Of a DNA stretch of 64,000 bases, positions 47,301-59,300 are shown piece after piece. The number at the start of each line of letters is the position of its first letter. The first letter of the stretch is position 1. The notes under the pieces are model-generated. The model was not told the origin of the DNA. It saw nothing but the letters and a program-made list of their open reading frames with translations, and searched no databases. The position numbers were made by a program, and so were the translations under genes. The stretch is from Schmidtea polychroa. Lineage: Eukaryota. The stretch spans positions 248,682,001-248,746,000 of the forward strand of contig CM097885.1 in the NCBI GenBank assembly GCA_044892525.1, given 5' to 3'.

Positions 47301-50300
47301 TTCACGATAAATAATACGGATTTAAAAATGTATCTCCGATTTAGCAATACTGTTCTTCAAATATTTATTCTATTTCGTTTTCTTTTTTCATTTCTCGTGG
47401 GTTTTATTCAAATTTCTTATTCAGTTTTATACTGTCTTATTCAATGGTACTTATAGATAATTTGCTGTAGCTTTCACTATCCCAACTTCGATACATAAAC
47501 AAACATCCGACTTCCCTAGTGATCCATCTGTTATTTCGAATAAGCTGTCTCTTTTTCATTCATGCTTCTCAGAATTCTGGAACATCATTCTCTTTATTTT
47601 TGTCTATTTCCTCTGAATCATTTTACGCCTTTTTATAATTATTTAATTTCATTATTTAAGTTTCCACAACAAAATCAAATAAATAAATAAATAATAAATA
47701 TTTTGTAGGGTGCATTTGATTAATTATTTTTGACAGGTAACTTTTTCAGAGTCAGGAAAATCTGAACACCTTAGCAAAAGTAACAAACATTAGGGAAATG
47801 GGAAAGAAGTTATAATTTATTAACAAATGTGATTGTATGTGCGACAGTATAAATACGGAGATTTAATGAAGAATAACTAACGGTTTGACTTTAGTAACCA
47901 TTGCATTTTTTTGATTAGAGTTTTCCCCGTTGATTTCTTCTATATTTCTACATTCGGCTACTGTAAAAAAAACAATTATCTTTGGGGAAAATGCATATTT
48001 AAAATAAAAAAATTCTTAGTCACTATTAATGTCAATATATTATTATTATTATTATTATAAATTTCAAAGCTTCTTATCAATTAATATTGCAATATACTTT
48101 TCAAATTATAATCGTTAAATAGCGATTTTAAGTAAAATATATAAATTAAATCAATTAAAAGTGTTTATAATCAATTATGTCATTAATGTTAAAATTAAAT
48201 TCATCAATCTTTGAAAATTAATTGAAAAAATGTTCATTTGGTATTTGTATTAAATTAATACTATTAATAATTATTTTTTTAATGAAAACCTGCTTCCATC
48301 ATAGTTGTACATTTAATATATTAGAGTCAGGATTTGAGAAATAGATGATCTATGTCTGCAAAATATTCAACCCAATTTTAAAGAAATGCTCAAAAAATCG
48401 AACAAGTTTCACATAAATTGGAAAAAAATTATAAACTTGTTCAAATCATTTTTCCGAAAAGAAATATTGTTGGGTTGTATGATATCAAAAATCAACCGTT
48501 GGTTACCCTGACTCCACGTGTTCCAAAAATTAATAAACACAACTCCCAACGTATATTTGTTTTATAGAAAATTTACAATTCTCGATAAATAACGATACTT
48601 TTAGTTAACCACAATTTTCTTACAATTTCCGATCGAACTCCACTCTGGAAAGTCTCAACCTTGTACAATTTAAAAATAAGTTTCACCTTTTTGTTTGATT
48701 CCGCTCTCTGATTCAAACTCTTTTAATATTCCTTTCCGACTTCTCGATTCCTCTTATAATTCTTTTCTTCTTTTATTTTATTCCTCGAAATCCTATCGTC
48801 TGTTTCTTCTTCCCTACCTAAGGCTACCGTCGATTATGTAAATTTTGAGTTTCTTTATATACTCCCATAATCATTGTAAATGCCCCATTTTTAACCTAAT
48901 TGGTTTTGACTTCTTTGGTTATCATTCCCTAATTAGCTATTTCTGTTGACCCTCTTCGTAATTCCCCTTCTTTTGTTTACCCTCGTTTATCCAGTTGTTT
49001 GGATAATTGCCCTCTGAATTCCTCGTTTGTTTACCCTTCCAAATTGCCGTGCTCGGGTTTTCTTCATCGCTCGGGTTCTGCATTGGCTCGGGTTTCCCAT
49101 TAGCCAATTAATTAATTAATTAATATTTTACGTTTTTCCATATTTGTCTGTTTTACGACCCTTTCTAAACATTTTCTAACAATTTCTTGCTCACTATCTT
49201 TTTCACCATCCCATAATCTACCTATCTCCTGTTTTCCAGCGTCAATTTCGATAACTTTTCACTTTATTCCACTTCCTCAGGTTTGCGCATTTTTCCATTT
49301 TATGTCTGATTGTATAGTTCTGTTTTTATCATATCTTTCTTTGCCATTGCTTCTCTGCTTGACCGCCATTCAATTTTGGTTTACCTTTTAATCTGAACTA
49401 GATAATTTAATAATTTACTTTTAAAACCTCAACAATATTACAAAAACTGTTAATTCTTGGTTGACCAATAACAATTGTAGGAATGATAAAGGACATTTGA
49501 AAAAATTAAAATTTTATATTTCTAGATTGCTTCGAATTATTCATCTCATAATTTTTATTGAAATATATATATAAAAATCGGCTTGTAGGATAACGCCTGA
49601 TTTCATAAAATTAAGTCAACTATAATATAAAAACTAATAAGTTTATATTAGAGAAACACTGACTTATCTGTGTCAATTTTTTATTTCATTGAATAAGATC
49701 GTTTAATATAGAAATTGAGAAAGTGGAAATTAAGCACACGAACACAATTTAGATACTGTGAATTTGGTATTTATAAGATACATAAATTAAAATTTTAAAT
49801 TAATTTATTCAAATACAATGTCAATTGAAAAGAAATCAGGGATGAAAATTGAAAAAAATTCTTATAATATTTAAATAAAAAACCGATATTTTTCTCTATT
49901 ATTCAAACTGATATTTTGAGTTTTTTTAAATTTAAAATATTGATACTTTCAGAAGGATAGATTTTATTCATCACACAGCGTTTCTCAGATAAAAAAAACT
50001 ATATTAACAAATAAAAAAAAACTACATACAACATTTGATTTAAGTTATTTAATTAAAATTTTTCGCGACGAATCGCCTTTAAAGCAAACATCCTAACATC
50101 ACCATAAAACCTAAACAATAATTTTCCGTTACAGAAGAAACTCCGCCTAGAATTGCGTTTTCAAGTTCACCAACGGTATTGGAATTCATGTATTTAACAT
50201 GGTGCTTCCATTTACTAAAAATACTATTCAATGGGATTCAATTGCGGACTATATGGCGGAAGAAATAAAATATTGTGTCCATATTCCGCTATAACATTTT

Positions 50301-53300
50301 CAACTCCCAAAACCCTGTGGAAAGCCACATTATCCATAACTATCGTATAATTTTCCATGTCCAAATCGTTTGTACGTCGTAAAACACTTCTAATTGTTTC
50401 ATAGTTCAACTCCAGGGCCGTCGCAATTACTTGAGGCGATTTTCCAGCCTCTTGTTTATTTATTATAGATCTTCTTGTTTCATCTGACATTTGCCTTTTC
50501 CTGTTGTTCAGAGGGTTTTTTAAAAAATTTTAATTGAATTTAAAAAACGTATAAATAATTAATTTAAACACCTGGTTTAATTTTTATAAAAAAACTGGCC
50601 ATGTATTTGAATCGTATAATAATATATACCTTTTGCTTTTTTAATAGATTTGTGTTTTTTTTTAATATAATATATTTTTAACAAGTTTTTTTATTTGTTA
50701 ATATAGTTTTTTTATTTGTTAATATAGATTTTTATTTGTTAACATAGTTTTTATGTGAGAAACGCTGTATATTTCATTAACATTAAATTTACTATTTTTA
50801 AATTTATAAAAATACATTTTAAATGTTAATTTGAAAATACTATATTAAAAATATTTTACATAATTAATTTTTATGGTTAACATTTAATTTTTAAATATAC
50901 ACTTAATCACAACACATTAAAAATGCAAGAAAACTTTCGACGTGTAATTGTTGCATGGAATAAACTCATTTAGAAATTTTATTAATTTTTAAAAAATTAC
51001 AGATAGAAATTTAGAATTTGATACCGATGAGACTACTAAATAAAATTTTTCAATTCTATGAGTTAAGAGATAAATTACTAAGTAGTGAGGACTAATTTCA
51101 TTTTGTGAAGTTTTGGTAATCCATAAAGTTCATTCGCTAGATAATTTATAAATTAAGGAAGATTAGACGAAAAATTTGCAATATAAAAACGTGAACATGT
51201 GTCGAATAATATGTTGGGGTTTCTATAAAGTATCTGAAAATAAATGTGAACGTGCAAAGAAATATGGAAATCGATAACAAGACAAAACTCATAAAAATTT
51301 TGATTGATATATTCCGGGGGGAAAGAGAGGTGTACGAATAGCAAATATTGAAACGAACACAGATATAATAAAATAAAATAAATGGGGGTTCAAAGAAAAA
51401 TATATTCAAAAAATAGAAATTAATTAAATGTAAATAAATAATTTTTTAGCTATTTATATAACCCAAATGGTAAACAAGAGGATAATGAAATTAAGCGTCC
51501 TTCCAAAATCAATAAAGATGATTAGTTTTGAATTAGAGAAATTATTGACTAAATCCCCAAATATTGATAGAATTATCGATATATAACGCTGGTAAACAGC
51601 CAAAATGTATCGGCGAAGCTGTTGTTTTCCTAAAGATTGGGTATATCGTCGTTTCAGTCGTACTTGGTGTTAGCAGCAACGACATCAAATTCATTTTCAA
51701 TATCAATAAAAAAAACTGCGTTTTTTTCGTAATATTCAAACAAATATCTTCGAGGCTTTTATATTTATTTTGATGTTGATTTCAATGCTGGTTTAATTTA
51801 TTTTTATATTTTAAGCTTACTTTAATTTATTAATTTAAATGTTTATATAAAAATTTATGTAATTTGATAAATACAATTTAAATGTTTATTAACAATTTTC
51901 CGTTTTTTCCCTTTCACTTGGTATAGCAGTCCAGCAGAATTTCGTGTTGTGTCATCACATTTACTGATTAAATACCCTCTTTTGTTATGAATCAATCACA
52001 GACAACCTTTTGAGTAGTGCCAGTTAGCATTCATTATCTCGAAAGTGTGTAAAAATAATGCTGATAAATTTTGTTATACACCCGTTTGCACTGAATAAAC
52101 GCATCTATAATATGGGTTGGTATGTACAACCAAATATAGATGCGTCATTCTTTATGGAATTTTTTGAAATGCATGTGGGTAAATGAATGTAACTACTCAT
52201 GTACATATGCATTTAGTTTAACTACTATTTATTTATTTATTAGCTATTTGTATTTAGCCATTTTAGAAATGGCTTTCAAGTAATTTTTTTTATTTAAAGT
52301 AAACTTTAAGGCTAGAATATTGATCCATATAGATATGAAATAATTATTCAAGCTCTTAAATAATACTTTTCATCAACATTTTTTATTATAAATAATTTTT
52401 AATTAATTTTTCAGGAGTTTTAGATGTTATTATTATTATTTGGAATTATTTCAATATAATGTGAGTTTTATTATTATTTTATTAAGTAATTAAGTAAGAA
52501 ATACAATTTATTAATCGCCAAAAATATCAATTTTTTACAACATTTAGGAAAAAACGGTAAATAAGTTGAAAATAGTTTTTAAAATTTACGATTTTCTACT
52601 TTTTTTCGCATCATCTGACGGCAAAGTTGAGATTTCAGGGCAATGTGAAATACTAAAAAGCTATTAAATTTATTAAAAAACGAAATAATGTCTTAATTAT
52701 CTATAGAACTCAAAGTTGAGTTTTCGGAATTTTCGTTAAAATTTTTTCATTCATTATTTTCTAAAAAATTCTAAAAATGTCTGTAAATGATTTATTATAG
52801 TGTGTTTATTCATTGCAACGAATATATATATATATCGAAAATTTGCATGCATTTTTTACTATGTGTTGTGTTTGTGTGTGTCAGTTTATTTTTTCTACCA
52901 CTTTCTCACTTTCTATATTAAATGCGTTTATTCATTGCAACGATAAAAGTCAACACACACGTAAGTTCGTATGTTTATATAATATACACATATTGATTTT
53001 TTGTTTCATATTATAGGTGCGTTTATTGAGTGCAAACGGGTGTATGTGTGGTAATTACTACAGTGATTAGGAATGCTTATCACTGCTATTTTGGGTGCAA
53101 GATTGGAGACCAAGATAAAAAATGAGCGCCAAACATCTGTTTCCGTTTCTATGATATGGAGAGAGCTAACCAAATATGCCACAGACTACTATTTTTGTCT
53201 GCTGTCATCCCTACAGCACGGAATGCCAAGAAGAAAGAAAGAACTGTCAGCTATCCCGATATACCATCTGTAATTCGTCCAGTACCTCATGGAGAAGGAC

Positions 53301-56300
53301 TCCCAATATTAGATCCACCAGCAGACTATTCTCTGGAAAATAACTATAAAGAACTTGTGACGAGACTTCTCTCAGCATATCCTGCACTCTCATATGGACT
53401 TCTTCCCTGATAACTGTGGTACAGATAGCGATGAACATGGTGATCGTTTCTCTCAAGACATTTCGACGATGGAAAACAGATTTCAGGGAAAATTAAGACT
53501 TCTGCTGGAATGTGTTGGGAGATCCCCCAGATGTAGAGTACAAGCGATAGGCAAAGAAAAAAGAAAGGTGTAATTAACGATCTAAATTCGATTATAAGTA
53601 GCTTTAGAGCTCCAAAGACAATCTAATTATCCACTTGAGTTTCAATCTGATAGCCTGGCAATTTTATTTTGACCTAGGGAATATCTAAAGTGCTTTTTTG
53701 ATTAATTAATTAGTTTTTATTTTTGTAAATCGTTTATAAATAATTTGCTTTTTTTCATTTTGAAATAATTTCAATTTCAAATTTGTATTTGTTAATTATT
53801 ATTAATTTGGTAACAATTGATTAAAACAATGATTATACATCATTAAAAATGGTAAGTTTCACAATGATTTATATAAACATTCAAATATGTAATAATTTAT
53901 CGATAGTGTTTGATGGTGAACTTTATTGAACTTTATTATAGCATTAAATGTCCTCATGACTTACTAATTTCATCAATAATTACTCCATCTTCCATTGTTA
54001 TATGTACAACTAAATTTGTCCATTTATCTTCTCTGCTAAGATTTCTGATTAAGACGAAAATTATACTTGAAATAATTTATCTCCAAGAAATTACTTTATT
54101 ACTTGAGCTACTGTATTGGGTCCAAACCACTTTCCAGTTGATTTCCCTTCCACTTGTCCGAACATACCTTAATTATAAAAACTTTACAAGTATTGAGTAA
54201 TACGTAAAGATTTCTATATTGGTAAATCTTGGATTTTGTGATAACAACTTAAGTTCGTGAATAAAACTATTATAATTTGATATTCAAAATTGTTGACTTC
54301 TGAACAGTATTTTCGTGAATGTTTTAATTTTGGCGTAGAAAATTTTCGTATTGGCGAAAAGAGATATATTGGAATAATACATCAACATTACAGCTTTAAA
54401 ATTTAAAAATTTCCAGAATTTTTTTAAAAAAACACCCATTAATAGAACAAAACACACACCAGGTCCTTAACAAACATACATCAAATGACATAAATTACGG
54501 GTGGTCTAATATATGATATAATTAGTTTTTATGTAGAAAAAATAACGGCCTAAATGACAAAAAATAAGAGCCTCAATAATATTAAAAGCTAAACAATAAA
54601 TATATGTGTGTCACTAACAAAATAGAAAATAAGGCATTTTGTTAATAAGTAAGGGCCTATTATATAGAAGGTTGGAAAAATTTAATGAGTAAAAATAATT
54701 TATCTACAAAATTTCTATAAAAAAATACACAGCTGGACAATATATAAGAACTCTTGACAATAAGTAATAACCTCATTGTAAATATAAAGAATGAATCACA
54801 AATGTTTTCAAAGAAATTTACCTAGATAAAATTAATTATTAGTGTACATCAAGCGTAATAAATAGGGATACAGGCAGGCCCGGCGTGAGGCGGGTACGAT
54901 GCGTGATTTTCACGCAGGCGCCACGGCGGAAAAATACAAAAGGCGGCAAAATTGTACAGAAATTTGTTATTTTCATAAAAATTTCCATTCTATTGTTTAA
55001 TAACTAGTCCAATTTGAACAATATTGTTCCATCTGTGAAAAATATTTTTGTTTTGAAAAATAGTTAAGTAGGCGAAAAAATTTAAAGAATTTTTTTATTT
55101 CCAGTGCAATTTACATTTTAGTTTAATAATGTGTGAATGTGTCCAATTTGAAAAATAAATAAATCATTTTTGAAAAATAGTTAAGTAGGCGGAAAATTTA
55201 TAAAGAAATTTCTTATTTGCAGCGCAATTTTCATTCTAGTTTAGTTTGATTGCACATAAAGTTAGGTAGGCGGAAAATTTATAAAGAAATTTCTTATTTG
55301 CAGCGCAATTTTCATTCTAGTTTAGTTTGATTCCACATAAAGTTAAGTAGGCAGAAAATTTATAAAGAAATTTCTTATTTGCAGCGCAATTTTCATTCTA
55401 GTTTAGTTTGATTCCACATACTGGTAAGTCACTAGTCAGTGCTTAAAAAATATTAAAATATTTTACCATAATACATTTTTTTTAAAATTTTATATAATTC
55501 ATTTTAATTTTTTAGCAAACATTATAAATTTTAGATATTAACTTTAATCTATAATATAAAAAAAAAGGATTTTATTGTCGTAAATTTAAAGAATAGAAAT
55601 TTGTAAGTAAATCAAATTAATTTAAACTTAAAATTTTATTATTTTTAATAAGTATTTTTACTATTATCTAAGAAAACTATGGAAAAGAGAAAACTTTCTG
55701 GTTGGTAATACAAACAAAAACGACAAAAAAAAGAGGAGCAAATGAAGAAAAATCAAACATTGTTGGGAAACTTTTTGTTGCAACCTCGTCGTCAGGAATT
55801 GGCCAATATAAATCAAATAGACATTATTCAAAATATTGAAGTGGGATCTGAAACAGAAACATTAATGCAAACAAGTGACTCTGTTGAACCGGCAACTGTA
55901 CGTGTAGCCAACTCTAATGACTCTGCTGATACAATTGAAATAAGGCCAACAATTGAACCGGCAACTGCATCAGTTGTTACTGCATTATGTTTTGATGATA
56001 TCAGTGACTGGCCAGAAGCTATTAACAAAGACTTCATTCAACATACTGTTATTAAAGGACCCGACAATTGGAGAGCTATGATAATGGAGCGAATATGAAG
56101 GGCGTTAGAAAGGGCGCTCAAGCTCAAATTCTAAATAAAAACTCCCGAGCATTTTATATACCATGCTGCAGTCACACTTTAAATTTAGTAGTGGTAGATA
56201 CAGTAAAGTAGATAGATATAGATAGATATAGATAAATAGATACAGATTGCCATATTCTTCAACATGATTGAAGAAGTTTATAAGTTCTTTTCTGCGTCAA

Positions 56301-59300
56301 CAAAAAGATGGGTAATTTTGCAGTCAAAATGTCCATCTTTAACTCTTAAACCACTAAGCGATACGAGATGGGAAAGTCACATCAATGCTATAAAAACTCT
56401 TCACTTTGAACTGCCAAAAATTTATGAAGCACTTCAAGATGTTGCTAAATCAACACACGAAGCAGTTGTGAAAATTACAGCAGAATCAATTGCTTCAAAA
56501 ATCACAAGTTTCGATTTCCTATGTTCAATCAGGATTTGGTATGAACTTTTATTTGAAATTAATTTGGCAAGCAAACAACTTCAATCCATTCAAATGAATA
56601 TTATGGAGGCTTCAACTTCACTGGAAAGAACAATGACTTTCTTGAAGAAAAGTTATAACCAAAATAAATTTGATACCATTATTTTGCAAGCTCAAGAACT
56701 TGCTTATATTTTGAAAGTGGATAATTGTTTTCCCATAGAATCCACTAGAAGGGAAAGAAAAAGAAAAAGATTTTTTGACGAGCGAGAAATTATAGAAGAA
56801 AATTTATGTCCAAAGAAAACATACAAGCAAAATGTTTTTGATAAGATGTTTGAATGTGCTACAAAGGTGATAAAAGATAGATTTGAAGCCTTTCAAGCTG
56901 GAATTGAACCATTCAAATTTTTATTCGACATCAAAAGTCTCTCTTTGATGCCGGATGAAGATATAAAAATTTGTTGCAACAGATTGGAAACTAAACTGAC
57001 TGAAGGAACTAAAAAGGATATTTCAGGAGCAGATTTACATTTTGAACTTAAATCCCTTTCCTCTCAATTTTGCGAAAATTTTGGACCAGAAAAATCTTTA
57101 AAATTTTTGTATGAAAATAATTTAAACGAAATCTATGCAAATGTATCTGTTGCATTAAGAATTCTTCTTACATTGCCAATTACTGTAGCATGTGCTGAGA
57201 GAAGCTTTTCAAAGCTTAAAATTATAAAAAACTATTTACGATCGAGCATGAGTCAAGATAGACTGAACAATTTGGCTACGATTTCGATTGAAAGCGACAT
57301 TGTGAATGACTTGAATATTGAAGATTTGCGATTAAAATTTTCTCGAATGAAAGCCAGAAAAGCTTTTTTTTCAAAATAGTTTGCTTATATATTAAGATTT
57401 TTATGTTTTTATAATAAATATGAATTAAATTAAAAGTAATAAAGTTATATTGTTTTGTTATGTATGCATTTATCGTTTTTTTTACTCTTATTATGGAATG
57501 CGAAGGCGGTAATATGCAATTTTCACACATCATCTGAAACTCTAGCGCCGGTGCTGGATACAGGTATACCTCGGTAACACGGCGGGTATGGTTCCAGAAC
57601 GCCGCCGCCGCAATGCGAGTCAATTACTTTAATGCTGGACCTTATTTTAAATATTAAAAAAGTTATCAAATTTTTTCATTCAATACGAACAAATATGTAA
57701 GTATTTAAATTAATTTATGTTTTCTAGTATAATTTGTGCCAAAAATTGCTGACTACTAAGAAAAATTACTACATAAAATTCGAAAAATTAAAAACACATT
57801 AAGGAAATAATCAACATTTTGAATTACTAACAAAATTGTTTACTTTCACAAATACATGATTAAATATGACTAAATCTATTAAATTGAAAGCATTAAAATT
57901 AATTACTAATTAACTTAAAAATTAATATTAAAATTTATTATTACACTAAAAAATCAATTACAGTAAAATAAATAAGTAAAAACTCTATTGGCGCAATTAA
58001 TACACCTCTATTTAATTTCATTAAGGCTTTAGTTTATGCACCAAAGGGACTTAATTTAATATGGGCATTTTTAAATATAGAAATATGTGATTTGAGAATA
58101 TTTCAAGCGGTTTATTCAACTCTTCCACGAATATATGAGCATACATTTTTCAAATCAATATGACAATAACAATGTAATCACAGGTTGATCAAGGATTTCT
58201 TTCGTAGTTTGATGAACAGTTTAATAATAAACAGATTGATCAGCAGTTTGAATGTTATTCTGCAAGTTTCCCACTATTCGTGATGATATAATGACCATAT
58301 TTCATTTTTTCCCACCAAACCCTTTTATCATCATTATTTATAAGTGCGACTTTAGTAGTTTGAATACTATATAACTGGCGATTGCTTGTACCTATTAGAA
58401 ATTGAGATACCCTAGGTGTTTCCAATCCACTGTAACAATTCAGGTATGGCTGGTATTTAATGTCAGTATCTTTCAATGTTACACCTTTCGTTTTTGTCGT
58501 ATTCGTATTACCTAGTGAACTATAGTATTTTAATAGCAGAAATACCCACTCTTTATAACCAATAAATTTTCCAATCAGTCTAATTTTTTACTGTATAAGA
58601 AGTGAGTTACATCACAGGCGTATTATCATTGATCATTGGAGGTAAGTTTCAAGTTTAAAATTTGTAAATTCCAAAAAGTCTGTAACACCTGCAACAATCT
58701 TGACACTGCAATTGAATTGACTCCGATATTTAGCCAATTCGACATATTGAAGGTCATACAACCAAAGTTTAGATAAATTCAAAACTGTTTTACCGATAAA
58801 ATTTGGCCAATCTAGGCATATTGATTCTTTGTCCAGTATGGTCGCAATTTAATCATTTGTAAATTTGATATTTTAATACAGTATGACAATTGATGGTGTC
58901 CCTAGCATGATGGAGTCTATGAAATGATTGGTTACACACATTAACAAGGAGATGAACAAACACACCCATTTACATCCAATACAGTGCTTAATCCATCAAC
59001 AAACACTGTGTTATAGATCACTGATGAAAGACTGTCATGAAAATTATCTTGAGTAAACTTCATTAGAGCTCACGTTTTGTTTCAGGAATTCGAAAAATAG
59101 GGTATTATTGTGAAAGACTAAAGAAGAATTAACCACAGATAACTGGCAATTAGACTTAATATAAGCACGAAGACTGTTCAGAACATGTTGAAAGGCATTG
59201 GAATCAGAAAATTGTGCAGTCAATTCGTCCCACGTTTCTTGGGCAACAGAGATGAGAGAAAAGCATGTCAAGAAGATCTTGCCTTCTTTCATGATTTTGG

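Larger units (their letters stand above)
54875..57556 (+). mobile_element. hAT (Tip100/ZMYM1-like) transposon, internally deleted, 2682 bp
   Basis: Perfect 8-bp TSD GATACAGG (54867-54874 and 57557-57564). Imperfect TIRs CAGGCCCGGCG / CGCCGGTGCTG. Confidence 0.92.

Noticed and set aside
51542-51773. Short ORFs as missing ATG4 exons or a nested gene
   Set aside because: No similarity to ATG4 or any recognised family; the middle ATG4 exons were located at 54167-53965.
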